Assembly (NCBI GenBank): GCA_036146215.1
Contig: JAYYJN010000109.1
Coordinates: forward strand, 1-49,304
DNA: 49,304 nucleotides
Direction of reading: 5' to 3'
DNA from: Planctomycetota bacterium
GTDB taxonomy: Bacteria > Planctomycetota > Planctomycetia > Pirellulales > UBA7805
Below the pieces are notes generated by a model. It searched no databases, had not been told where the DNA came from, and was given only the letters and a program-made list of their open reading frames with translations. A program made the translations under genes and the position numbers. Shown here piece after piece: positions 28,657 to 38,693 of the stretch. Each line of letters starts with the position of its first letter. The first letter of the stretch is position 1.

Positions 28657-30867
28657 ATGAAACCCATCGATATCGGTAACAAACGACGTCCATTCATCGC
28701 CTATCGTAATAAATTCGGCATTCCTCAAATCGAAGCCGATTCTTGGCTATCTTGCCTTTATGGACTCGGTTATGTCCATGCGATTGATCGCCCGACTCAA
28801 ATTTTATTTTCGCGTGCCGTGGCGCGTGGCACGGCAGCCGAACGGATCGCTGATAAAGAAGACCTGTTCGATACGGATCAATATTTTCGTCGCGCGGGAT
28901 TATATCTTGGACTTCAAGAAGAAGTTTCGACACTGGATGACAAAACCTTTGGCGAAATCACAGCATATTGTGAAGGGTTGAATGACGCATTGCAGGAAGT
29001 GGGTCGTAGCTTACCAATGTGGGCAACCGGTTTCGACCCACAGCCTTGGACCCAAGAATCGGTCCTGCTGATTGGAAACTTACTAAGCTTTGGCGGGTTG
29101 GCCGTGGGGCAGCAACAAAGCGAACGACTGCTTCTAGAACTTGTGCAATTAGGAATTCACAAAGATCGACTCCAAGAACTATTTCATCCCCATCTTGATT
29201 ATGCTGATTTTAATCTGCTGCGGAAAATTAAAATGGCACATCGACTTTCGGATGATGCGCTTGAGCTAATTGCCGACCTTCCACGCTTGGCAGGTAGTAA
29301 TGCTTGGGCCGTTTCACCAAATCGGAGTCAAACGGGGGCGCCACTTCTGGCTGGTGATCCACATCTTGAAGTCAATCGTCTTCCCGCGATCTGGTATGAG
29401 GCAGTACTAAAATGGAATCGGAATTATGTAATGGGTGCAACTTTGCCGGGTTGCCCTCTATTTGGTGTTGGACGCACCCGTAACCTTTCCTGGTCGGTAA
29501 CCTATCTCAAAGGAGACACGAGCGATTATTTTATTGAGGATTGCCGACCGGGTGGTGAAACTGGTTGGCAATATAGGCGAGAAAATAACTGGATCGACTT
29601 TTCCAGACGAACAGAAACAATACACCGCAAAGATAACCAGTCTCTCGAAATACCAATTTACTTCAACGAAGTCGGCACCTTAGAGTGCAACCCGCAGGGT
29701 ACAGGACCAGGATTGTATTTGTCACTCGCTTGGGCCGGCTCCAAAGAAGGGTCCGGACAATCCATCGCATCTTGGCTTCGATTACTTGATTGTACTGATG
29801 TCCGACAAGCAATGTTTGCTGTTCGGGAAACGCCGCAGCCTACTTTGAATTGGATATTTGCCGACCGTGAAGGTCATATCGGTCGTCAAGCGAGTGGCTG
29901 GATTCCCCGCCGTCGCTCAGGGCAAAGTGGACTGGTTCCAACACCCGCTTGGCGTCGGGAAAATCATTGGAACGGCTGGATTCCGGCCGACCAACTTCCA
30001 TCAACGTATGACCCAGCCGAGGGATTTGTATTGTCGGCTAATGAAAACGTCAACCAACCCGATGGACCGATCATTAATACCCTGTTTTTACCTGACTATC
30101 GCTATCGTCGTATTCGCGAGCGCCTTATAGAACTTCCCCAAGCCACCATTGATGATTTCAAGGCATTGCAATATGACGTGGTCAGCCTCCAAGCACGAGA
30201 TTTACTCAAAATTTTCTTACCTCACTTACCGGCAGGAGAAGTAAAAACACGTCTCGAAAACTGGTCATGCCAATACAGCGCGGAAAGTCACGAAGCTTCA
30301 TTGTTTCAAAGGCTATATCGAAATGTCATTTTGGAAATTTTTGGTCAACCTAGTAACGGACAGGGAGGCATTGGTTGGCGCAGAATGTTTTATCTAGCCA
30401 GTCGTATAGGCTATTCCACGATGGTGATTACAGCGATCGATGCATTAATGCACAAAACGTCCTCTACCTGGTGGCACTCTCGTGACAAGGGGGCGATGAT
30501 TCGCGCAGCCTGTGAGTCGATTCGCGATAAAGATGATCGTCCCTGGTCAGATGTCAATTCTTTCAGATTCACTAACCGATTTTTTGAGGGGCACCGGACG
30601 GGTCGGCTGTTTGGATTTCACACAGGTGAGTTTGCTATGCCGGGCAACCATGCCACACCTTTTCAGGGCCATTTATTGAGAGCCGCAAAGCGTGAATCAA
30701 CATTTGCGCCCAGTTATCATTTTATAACGGATATGAGTTCCGACGAAGCGTGGACGAATATTCCAGGTGGCCCATGTGAGAGTCGATTTTCAAAATACTA
30801 TAAGACCGATATCGAGCGTTGGAGCCGTGGCGAGTACAAACTACTCTCCCCCACCACTGCTGAGTAG
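28657..30867 (+). CDS. Penicillin acylase family Ntn-hydrolase (peptidase S45)
   Basis: GIPQI...GYVHAIDR, G|SNAWAV processing site, DPHL, IWYE, FADREGHIG, SANE. Confidence 0.92.
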   Translation: MKPIDIGNKRRPFIAYRNKFGIPQIEADSWLSCLYGLGYVHAIDRPTQILFSRAVARGTAAERIADKEDLFDTDQYFRRAGLYLGLQEEVSTLDDKTFGEITAYCEGLNDALQEVGRSLPMWATGFDPQPWTQESVLLIGNLLSFGGLAVGQQQSERLLLELVQLGIHKDRLQELFHPHLDYADFNLLRKIKMAHRLSDDALELIADLPRLAGSNAWAVSPNRSQTGAPLLAGDPHLEVNRLPAIWYEAVLKWNRNYVMGATLPGCPLFGVGRTRNLSWSVTYLKGDTSDYFIEDCRPGGETGWQYRRENNWIDFSRRTETIHRKDNQSLEIPIYFNEVGTLECNPQGTGPGLYLSLAWAGSKEGSGQSIASWLRLLDCTDVRQAMFAVRETPQPTLNWIFADREGHIGRQASGWIPRRRSGQSGLVPTPAWRRENHWNGWIPADQLPSTYDPAEGFVLSANENVNQPDGPIINTLFLPDYRYRRIRERLIELPQATIDDFKALQYDVVSLQARDLLKIFLPHLPAGEVKTRLENWSCQYSAESHEASLFQRLYRNVILEIFGQPSNGQGGIGWRRMFYLASRIGYSTMVITAIDALMHKTSSTWWHSRDKGAMIRAACESIRDKDDRPWSDVNSFRFTNRFFEGHRTGRLFGFHTGEFAMPGNHATPFQGHLLRAAKRESTFAPSYHFITDMSSDEAWTNIPGGPCESRFSKYYKTDIERWSRGEYKLLSPTTAE

Positions 30868-30890
30868 ACGAGGCGGTTCCATCTGGTATC

Positions 30891-31958
30891 TTGGAATGGA
30901 TGGAAATAGCAGATGAAAAACCGATTGAGATCGTGCGGGCCGAATTGATCGCACCGCGGCGTCGGCGGGTTTTGCTACCAATCTTACTTTTTTCTGCAAC
31001 CTGTTTCACGACATTCTCAGCCGGTTGTTACCGATGGAATGCATGGGAAACGCCAGTTTTCGGCAATCCCGTCCAAATCGAAGTCCAACCCGGAGATTCA
31101 TATACGGATCTGAAAGGCAAGCAACAAATCGCAAAACAGCGAGCGGTTGTCTGGGCCAGTTGGTACGACGGATTGCGGTACAACTGGAAAACCGGCGTCC
31201 TTTATATGGTTTGGGTAATGGCCATTTTATTGCTTCATGAGATGGGCCACTTTCTCATGACGCTCCGCTATAAAATTCCAGCCAGCTTCCCCTTTTTTAT
31301 TCCTGTTCCTTTCATGGTGACCGGAACAATGGGTGCAGTCATCGGAATGAACCCCAACCGGGCAAACCGCAAAGAAGTGTTTGATATCGGAATCGCCGGA
31401 CCACTTGCTGGCCTTGTCTTAACAATTCCATTGTTGCTCTATGGGCTCAGTGTTGCAGAGCCAACGCCTGAGCGTCCTGAGGCTCGAGGTTATGGAGACC
31501 CTTTGCTCGTTAAATTATTAATTCCCCTGTTGCACGATCTCGATGAAGTTAAAAAAGATTATGCAGAGAAGAACAATGATCCCAGCGCTCTGAAAAAATC
31601 GTTTACATTTGTCGTGAATCCGATTTATATGGCTGCCTGGGTAGGCATGCTGGTGACCGGACTTAATATGTTACCTGTAAGTCAACTAGATGGTGGTCAT
31701 GTTTCCTACACCCTCTTTGGCCCTTATGCACGCTGGGTGGCCCGCGGTTTCATGCTTGCTGCAATGTTATTCATTGTATGGACCGAGTCTTACAACTGGA
31801 CACTGATGTTGATTCTTGTCCTATTAATGGGTACTGACCATCCCCCGACTGCCGATGATCGAGTTAAACTGGGCCCGTTGAGGTATGGCTTGGGGCTCGT
31901 TTCATTATTAATACCGGTTTTCTGCTTTACGCCCTTTCCGCTTTTAATGGGCGACTGA
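30891..31958 (+). CDS. Site-2 protease (M50) intramembrane metalloprotease
   Basis: HEMGH, GTMGAVI, DIGIAGPLAG, NMLPVSQLDGGH. Start is TTG 30891 or ATG 30900. Confidence 0.93.
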   Translation: MEWMEIADEKPIEIVRAELIAPRRRRVLLPILLFSATCFTTFSAGCYRWNAWETPVFGNPVQIEVQPGDSYTDLKGKQQIAKQRAVVWASWYDGLRYNWKTGVLYMVWVMAILLLHEMGHFLMTLRYKIPASFPFFIPVPFMVTGTMGAVIGMNPNRANRKEVFDIGIAGPLAGLVLTIPLLLYGLSVAEPTPERPEARGYGDPLLVKLLIPLLHDLDEVKKDYAEKNNDPSALKKSFTFVVNPIYMAAWVGMLVTGLNMLPVSQLDGGHVSYTLFGPYARWVARGFMLAAMLFIVWTESYNWTLMLILVLLMGTDHPPTADDRVKLGPLRYGLGLVSLLIPVFCFTPFPLLMGD

Positions 31959-32131
31959 AGTTTGCCCTTTTATGCTTTGTTTTTTACGCATGTTTGCGGA
32001 AAGAAGCATAGTGGGGTGCTTGCCCCAGCAACACCACCTCTGGGATACTGAGAGGCTAACGGGTATCGATATACCCAACAATTTGTCGAAGATAACAAGC
32101 AACAAACGACAGGGAGTGTCGGAGAGACGCC

Positions 32132-34141
32132 ATGACAGAAACAACGTATCGCACTGCGCCAGAACCGACATCGAAAATGCCAGGCGGCATTCCCTATATC
32201 ATCGGAAACGAGGCCGCCGAGCGCTTCAGCTACTACGGAATGAAAGGGATTTTGATTATTTTTATGACTCAGTATCTCGTCTTGATGCAGGGCTCAAGAC
32301 CAAGCGATACGATGTCGGATGCGGAGGCAACGGCAAACGTCCATTTATTTAATTCAGCTGTCTATTTTTTCCCGATTTTCGGGGCGCTGCTCTCCGACAT
32401 TCTCATTGGAAAATATCACACGATTCTCTCACTCTCCATTGTTTATTGCCTCGGGCATGCGGCGCTTGCTGTGATGGGCTACCAGGGTGTGCCGATGCAC
32501 TGGATGATTGCAGGGCTTTTATTAATTGCCGTGGGATCTGGAGGTATTAAACCCTGTGTATCTGCCCACGTGGGTGATCAATTCGGAAAAACCAATAGTT
32601 TCCTGCTCACTAAGGTATTTGGCTGGTTTTATTTTTCCATCAACATGGGGGCTTTTATTTCTACGCTGCTGACCCCGTGGTTATTGGAGTGGTACGGTCC
32701 GCATTGGGCGTTTGGAATCCCCGGCGTGTTGATGGCAATTGCCACGGTTGTATTTTGGATGGGCCGCAAGGTATTTATTCACGTGCCACCGGGAGGAAGC
32801 CAAGCATTTTTCGGTGAAACATTCAGTCGTGAAGGTCTTGCCGCCATCGGCAAGCTATTGATTATTTATATCTTTGTAGCCGTTTTCTGGGCTCTGTTCG
32901 ATCAGATGGGTTCATCTTGGGTACTTCAAGCCGAAGACATGGACCGTCGTTGGCTTGGGATTACTTGGCTTTCATCTCAGATTCAAGCAGTCAATCCGAT
33001 CTTGATCTTGGCGTTTATCCCACTTTTTCAGTTCGTGGTGTATCCATTGATTGATAAAGTGTTTCCTCTCACACCAATGCGGAAGATATCGCTCGGTTTG
33101 TTTGTCATGGTGGGCGCATTTGCAACGGTGGCCGTTGCGCAGCAGCGGATTGATTCAGGAGAACACCCCTCTATTGGATGGCAGATATTTGCGTATGCCC
33201 TGCTGACTGCTGCGGAAGTGATGGTGTCCATTACATGTCTTGAATTCAGCTATACCCAGGCGCCGCGAAAGATGAAATCAGTCATCATGGCACTGTTCCT
33301 GATGAGCGTATCACTCGGGAATTTTTTTACAGCGGCGGTGAACAGTTACATTATTGTGCCCGAGGGCACGGCTCCAGCCACCCGATTGGTACAGAATGCA
33401 TTCCAAGAAGATGGCTCACTGGATACCCGGAAGTTGTCAGAGATTGCAACCAACAACGGATTGTCTACTGAGCCGCAAAGTGATGGAAATGTTTTAGTTA
33501 TTCTTTCTCAAAAAGAAGAATCAGAATCGTCTACCCCGCCATCTGTCTTGTTTAGTTCTCGTGGAGAAGTAATCGAGGTTCGGACTACCGAAAATACTCG
33601 GCTGCAGACCGCACTGAAAGAAATCTTAAAGCATTGGGAAGCAAAGCAAATGCTGCCTCTCGACGAGACGGGTTCAGAGTTGGTTGGTGTGACACGCGAT
33701 CAATGGGGTAATGCACTCTCATATGATCTCAAAAACAATAAACGATTTTTAATCAGTAGCCTTGGACCAGATGGTATTCCGTACACTGTCGATGATGTTC
33801 ATTTGACGGTTATTCGCAATGTCCAGACAGAAGAAGAAAAAAGAATCGCAGCATCAGCAGGGGGTGATCTTTTTGCATCACTTCATCCAGAAAAGACTTG
33901 GCTTGACCGTCGTCGGGATGAAATCGGCTCCCGCAGTAGTGCGGAAGATACTCAGGCAGGAACATCAGCTGCGCAAGAAGACTTTTCCACCGATATCTCC
34001 ATTGGTGGCGGCGAGAACCTATCAGGTGCGGCCTACTTCTGGTTCTTTGCACAGTTAATGCTGGTAACGGCGGTGCTGTTTGTGATAGTCGCCTGGTTCT
34101 ATCAACCGCGAGAATATTTGCAGGAAGAAGCCGCGGCTTAA
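32132..34141 (+). CDS. POT/PTR family proton-dependent oligopeptide transporter with a large loop insertion
   Basis: [10 protein letters not shown] (ExxERFxYY), [32 protein letters not shown]. Confidence 0.93.
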   Translation: MTETTYRTAPEPTSKMPGGIPYIIGNEAAERFSYYGMKGILIIFMTQYLVLMQGSRPSDTMSDAEATANVHLFNSAVYFFPIFGALLSDILIGKYHTILSLSIVYCLGHAALAVMGYQGVPMHWMIAGLLLIAVGSGGIKPCVSAHVGDQFGKTNSFLLTKVFGWFYFSINMGAFISTLLTPWLLEWYGPHWAFGIPGVLMAIATVVFWMGRKVFIHVPPGGSQAFFGETFSREGLAAIGKLLIIYIFVAVFWALFDQMGSSWVLQAEDMDRRWLGITWLSSQIQAVNPILILAFIPLFQFVVYPLIDKVFPLTPMRKISLGLFVMVGAFATVAVAQQRIDSGEHPSIGWQIFAYALLTAAEVMVSITCLEFSYTQAPRKMKSVIMALFLMSVSLGNFFTAAVNSYIIVPEGTAPATRLVQNAFQEDGSLDTRKLSEIATNNGLSTEPQSDGNVLVILSQKEESESSTPPSVLFSSRGEVIEVRTTENTRLQTALKEILKHWEAKQMLPLDETGSELVGVTRDQWGNALSYDLKNNKRFLISSLGPDGIPYTVDDVHLTVIRNVQTEEEKRIAASAGGDLFASLHPEKTWLDRRRDEIGSRSSAEDTQAGTSAAQEDFSTDISIGGGENLSGAAYFWFFAQLMLVTAVLFVIVAWFYQPREYLQEEAAA

Positions 34142-34166
34142 GGCGTGGTGGTGCGAGGATACACTG

Positions 34167-35078
34167 ATGGGTCATCACCATAACCACGGCCACAGCCATG
34201 GGCCGGCCAATTATACGTTTGCTTTCTCTTTCGGTATCGGTCTGAATCTCATCTATATCGGTGTCGAGGTGGCATATGGACTAGCGATTGATTCCCTCGC
34301 GCTTCTGGCTGATGCAGGACACAACGTTAGTGATGTTGTGGGGTTGCTATTAGCATGGGCCGGTTATCGGCTGAGTAAGATACCACCTTCCACGCGACGG
34401 ACTTACGGTTGGAGAAGCGGTTCTATTTTGGCCGCATTTCTAAATGCCTTACTGTTGCTGATTGCTGTGGGGGCTATTGCCTGGGAAGCGATTGAGCGAT
34501 TCTCCCATCCCGTACAAGTCGCCGGCAATACAATCATGGCTGTGGCTGTCGTGGGAGTGTTTATTAATTTGTTCACAGCGCTGTTGTTTCTTCGTGGCCG
34601 CAAGAACGATATTAATATTCAAGGTGCTTTTTTACACATGGCAGCCGATGCCGGAGTTTCGCTTGGCGTGGTGTTTGCAGGGCTGATGACAAAAATCTAT
34701 CCCGTTAATTGGATAGATCCAACGGTTTCCCTACTGGTCGCAGCGGTGATTCTTGTAAGCACCTGGAGCTTATTCCGCGACTCCACAGCACTGCTGCTAC
34801 ATGCCGTTCCACCTCGCATTGATCCAGATAAAGTCAATCATGCACTTCAATCACATGCTGATGTTGTTTCTATTCATGATCTTCATATCTGGGCGATGAG
34901 CACCACAGAAACTGCGCTTACCGCTCACGTTGTGGTGCGGCCTGACTGCGAATACAACCTAGTTCTCGAATCACTAAGAAGAACAATGTCCGATCAATTT
35001 GAAATCGAACATGTGACACTACAGTTCGAAGCTGAATCAGAAACTCATTGCCCGCAAGATGACGAAGACGCGATCTAA
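34167..35078 (+). CDS. Cation diffusion facilitator (CzcD/ZitB-like Zn/Co/Cd exporter)
   Basis: His-rich N-terminus, SLALLADAGHNVSD, FLHMAAD, HDLHIWA, EHVTLQ. Confidence 0.93.
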   Translation: MGHHHNHGHSHGPANYTFAFSFGIGLNLIYIGVEVAYGLAIDSLALLADAGHNVSDVVGLLLAWAGYRLSKIPPSTRRTYGWRSGSILAAFLNALLLLIAVGAIAWEAIERFSHPVQVAGNTIMAVAVVGVFINLFTALLFLRGRKNDINIQGAFLHMAADAGVSLGVVFAGLMTKIYPVNWIDPTVSLLVAAVILVSTWSLFRDSTALLLHAVPPRIDPDKVNHALQSHADVVSIHDLHIWAMSTTETALTAHVVVRPDCEYNLVLESLRRTMSDQFEIEHVTLQFEAESETHCPQDDEDAI

Positions 35079-35091
35079 TCGGAGTGCTCGG

Positions 35092-35730
35092 TTAAAAAGG
35101 TTCAGGTGAGGTCCACTGCATCCATTTCGTTGTGGAAGGGTGCCGAAATGCGAGACAGTGAGCATGCAACCCAAGCCGAGAGAGTTTGCCACGGGATTGC
35201 TCTGTTCCGTAAAGCGGGTCACCTAGGATAGGGTGCCCGATATATTCCATATGGACTCGCAACTGATGACTTCGCCCGGTAATCGGTCGCAGTGTAATAT
35301 GCGCCATCGATCCATGTGACGCGGTAACTATCCAATGCGTAGTCGCGCCTTTTCCGTTTTTGAAATCGACGCAATAGCGCGGGGGGCGGGTTGATTTTCG
35401 GCGTATAGGCGCATCGATCGTTCCAGATCTTCGGTCAGGGCACCCATCAATTTGTGCGCGGTAAATTTTTTTTACCTGTCGCTGCGCAAATTGAGCACTC
35501 AACTTTCGATGTGTCTCAGGATCAAGTGCAAGCACCATCAACCCTGACGTATCTCGATCAAGCCGATGAACAATCTGAGCGGAAGGCCAATCAATTCGGA
35601 TGCGCGCAAGAAGTGAATCATGCTGCGTGGGTCCCAAACCGGGCTGTGAAAGTAAGCCTGCTTCTTTTTCCAACACAATTAAATGCTGATCTTCAAACAG
35701 GACTGCGATTTTTATTGAGCAGGAGGGCAT
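35092..35730 (-). CDS. RluA family pseudouridine synthase
   Basis: VHRLDRDTSG, TGRSHQLRVH, GHPILGDPLY, LHA. Confidence 0.93.
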   Translation of the reverse strand: MPSCSIKIAVLFEDQHLIVLEKEAGLLSQPGLGPTQHDSLLARIRIDWPSAQIVHRLDRDTSGLMVLALDPETHRKLSAQFAQRQVKKIYRAQIDGCPDRRSGTIDAPIRRKSTRPPRYCVDFKNGKGATTHWIVTASHGSMAHITLRPITGRSHQLRVHMEYIGHPILGDPLYGTEQSRGKLSRLGLHAHCLAFRHPSTTKWMQWTSPEPF

Positions 35731-35758
35731 CGAGCATTAGATAGATGAAGTATTTTCG

Positions 35759-36304
35759 CTAGAATGCTAAATCTGTTTTTGCCCGAAGGAAGTAAATTGC
35801 GGCATACACCCTGCCATCTAAAAGGACTCCCGCATCCACCCGCTGATCGAGGTAATTATCGATTTGCGAGAGGGGTATCTCGTGAACCTCGATATTTTCG
35901 TTGGCATCACCACCTCCAGGCCCCACCTTTTCCAGATCATTCGCGAAAAAAAGAGTGACACACTCGTCCGTTAAGCCTGCCGAGGAGGCAACCGTAACCC
36001 ATTCGGACCATGTTGTTGCTTGATAGCCGACCTCTTCCATCAACTCCCGTTTTGCGGCCTGCAATAGGTCTTCCAGTGGTTGATCCGTAAGATCGCCGAC
36101 GATTCCGGCCGGTAATTCAAGTACCGATTGATTTAGTGGTGGTCGATACTGTTCGACTAACAAGAGCTTGTTTTCTTTGGTGACGGCAATAATTGCTACC
36201 ACTCCCACTCCAGTTGTTCGCTGAACAAATGACCAACCCCCACGGTCAATTAAACGCAGATAGGGCGTATTTGCGATCGTGCAATCAGTTGGTTGCGCAG
36301 ACAT
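35759..36304 (-). CDS. NUDIX hydrolase (ADP-ribose pyrophosphatase-like)
   Basis: EQYRPP...ELPAG...AAKRELMEEVG Nudix box. Start set at ATG 36304. Confidence 0.9.
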   Translation of the reverse strand: MSAQPTDCTIANTPYLRLIDRGGWSFVQRTTGVGVVAIIAVTKENKLLLVEQYRPPLNQSVLELPAGIVGDLTDQPLEDLLQAAKRELMEEVGYQATTWSEWVTVASSAGLTDECVTLFFANDLEKVGPGGGDANENIEVHEIPLSQIDNYLDQRVDAGVLLDGRVYAAIYFLRAKTDLAF

Positions 36305-36420
36305 GAAATTCTCAAAAAAATAATCTTCAATAACCAATAACAGAAAACTATATGGAATTGGTGTCTTCGGATCTACACCAAACCACAGATCAGTATGTTA
36401 GCGGTTCATTAATTTGCCGA

Positions 36421-37380
36421 TCATTCTGGTAGGGAAAGGGAGACTCCATCCAAGTAAACCGCGGCGGCATTGCCGAGCAAATCACGATGCATTCGCCACG
36501 GATCACCAAAGTAGCCCTCACCGATCTGTGCATCGAGTAGGTTTGTACCCAATATTTGCCTCGCACGCGTGGGCTGAAAAACCGACTCGGCATAGATGAT
36601 TTTTTCACCCTCACCCCGTACGCCTAGAAGTTTGGAAAAATATTGCACTGCCAGATTATTTTTTCTTGGCATTGCCGGCCCGGAGACAATTACATGCAAT
36701 CGATCCCAGTCTTCTGTGGATATATTTTGTTTCCAAATGACGATTTGACGGTGAAAGTGATCGATTCGAAATTTTGCTGCGAGTTTAATATTTTGCAATA
36801 TTTGCGGTTTCACATCGTCTAAAAAGTCATCCAGATCTTTTGTAGACCATGATTTTTGAGCAATAATTTGTTTTATCAACGATAGTGTTTTTGCAATCAC
36901 CCGCTTCTGCGATTCCACCATATCCGGGTTTTCTGCCATCCGTTTACTCAATTCACTTTGCATGGACTTGGTGAGATTTTGTAACGTTTTAAGACTATCA
37001 ATGCGAGATTCAGAAAGAGGGCCCTCTCCATACGGCTCTAATAAAAGAAAAATCGTTAGTGTTAGATGCGAAACAGTGGTCAGCGTTCTGTAATCAGACA
37101 GCGGCGGCGCACTTTTTATGGATTTACCATCGTAAAAAAGGATTAAATCCTCACTCTGGACAAAAATGACTGGCCCTGTATCCCGTAATGTTTGGTCACG
37201 AGCTTGAACGTAGGTGGAGCGGAAAAATTTGTCCATTTGCGGGAATGCATCCGGGGCCACCGGCTCAGCCGATAAATTTTCATGACCCCCGAAAAAAGTC
37301 AGAAATGCCGCCAGAGACATGAATGCTGAGTTTCGAAGTTTAGTCGCAAATTCAATCAAAGCGAATAAGATCATTACCAT
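36421..37380 (-). CDS. Hypothetical protein, probably exported
   Basis: 319-aa ORF co-oriented with its neighbours, GAGG RBS, hydrophobic N-terminus; no family recognised. Confidence 0.7.
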   Translation of the reverse strand: MVMILFALIEFATKLRNSAFMSLAAFLTFFGGHENLSAEPVAPDAFPQMDKFFRSTYVQARDQTLRDTGPVIFVQSEDLILFYDGKSIKSAPPLSDYRTLTTVSHLTLTIFLLLEPYGEGPLSESRIDSLKTLQNLTKSMQSELSKRMAENPDMVESQKRVIAKTLSLIKQIIAQKSWSTKDLDDFLDDVKPQILQNIKLAAKFRIDHFHRQIVIWKQNISTEDWDRLHVIVSGPAMPRKNNLAVQYFSKLLGVRGEGEKIIYAESVFQPTRARQILGTNLLDAQIGEGYFGDPWRMHRDLLGNAAAVYLDGVSLSLPE

Positions 37381-37418
37381 CCTCTGGTTTGTTTTATTTC
37401 ACATTGCATTAGGGTGCA

Positions 37419-38693
37419 TCAGGGTAATTTTTCGTCGCAGGCCCATAAACCGAGTGCCGGATTGCGAATGAAAAAGATGTCTTCCTGACCTTCGATCTGG
37501 TTCCACCCATCAGTCAGGTGATCGGGATCGTATGTCTTCATCATTTTTCCAAGATTTCCATAGCGATAGCCGACCGATTCGATGTCTTCCTGTGAGAGTT
37601 GATCACAACAGTAGATAACATCAAAACGATTTTCCGGAGAACCGTGTATTAAATGGGCGGCAGCCGCCAGATTATTTTTGAGATCCTCACCAGACTCGAC
37701 AGCTTCGAGAATTTCTGGTGTTGAGCGATAACCATATTTCCGGATCAATTGGTCAATTTTCGGGTCCTCTCCAAAAGTTTTCACCCCCGGCGCAAGAATG
37801 ATCAACTGTGCTCCATCAGCCAGGGCCATTCGCGAACGATAGATGGCCTTGTTTCCCAGCCAGGTACTTTTGAATTCCTCCGGATCAAGATAAACGACGG
37901 CCTTATGCACTTCGCGATCAAGTCGCTGAAAATTTGTTTCAACTGAAAGCGAACATGCCCGCTGAAAACAATCCAAGTCATCACCAATAAACAGTCCGCG
38001 AAGTATGGGATTTCCAACCGGATCCGGCGAAACCACGGTAAGCACATAGAGAATGGGAAGGTGGCTGCAAAAATGATCCTCCGCATAATTAAGAATTTTT
38101 CGCAGAGGCGTATCGGCACGACCCATCATCCTCTCGAGGCCGTATGCTGCGCCAATAAAATGACTTTCGTTAATTCCGTCTTCACCACCGGTTCCAATAA
38201 AAATATTCTTATTGAAATTTGCCATTCCGATCACTTCATGCGGAACGACCTGCCCTACCGATAAGATCAAATCGTGCTTCCCTTCCCAGAGCAACCGATT
38301 AACTTGTACGGGCCAAGATTTGCGATAAATACCTTCGGTCACCTCACTAACAAAATCAGCCGGCACCTCTCCGATTGTAACTACATCTTCTCGCCAACGA
38401 TGCGTGCGGATCAGCGGCTTCGGTAATGTGGGAAACATGCGCTCGATTTGCCACGCTTCCATCGGAAAGTGAGTTCCCAGCGCCGGGAGTACATCAACCA
38501 GATATTCTCCATAGAACTGATGAGTCAGACATGTAATGGGTCCGGCCTGGCTGTGAATGCGGGTGTAATCAGGAGGTACCACCAGCACACGCTCTCGCCG
38601 ACCAATCTGTTCGAATGAGTCGAACAATAAATGTTGCAATTGCTGAGATTCAATTACCGTATCAACAGATCCACTCGCACAGTAAAGACTCAT
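37419..38693 (-). CDS. LarA-family (lactate racemase domain, DUF2088) hydroxy-acid racemase/epimerase
   Basis: PPDYTR, ALGTH, VVPHEVIGMANFNKN correspond to LarA N-domain motifs. Confidence 0.82.
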   Translation of the reverse strand: MSLYCASGSVDTVIESQQLQHLLFDSFEQIGRRERVLVVPPDYTRIHSQAGPITCLTHQFYGEYLVDVLPALGTHFPMEAWQIERMFPTLPKPLIRTHRWREDVVTIGEVPADFVSEVTEGIYRKSWPVQVNRLLWEGKHDLILSVGQVVPHEVIGMANFNKNIFIGTGGEDGINESHFIGAAYGLERMMGRADTPLRKILNYAEDHFCSHLPILYVLTVVSPDPVGNPILRGLFIGDDLDCFQRACSLSVETNFQRLDREVHKAVVYLDPEEFKSTWLGNKAIYRSRMALADGAQLIILAPGVKTFGEDPKIDQLIRKYGYRSTPEILEAVESGEDLKNNLAAAAHLIHGSPENRFDVIYCCDQLSQEDIESVGYRYGNLGKMMKTYDPDHLTDGWNQIEGQEDIFFIRNPALGLWACDEKLP

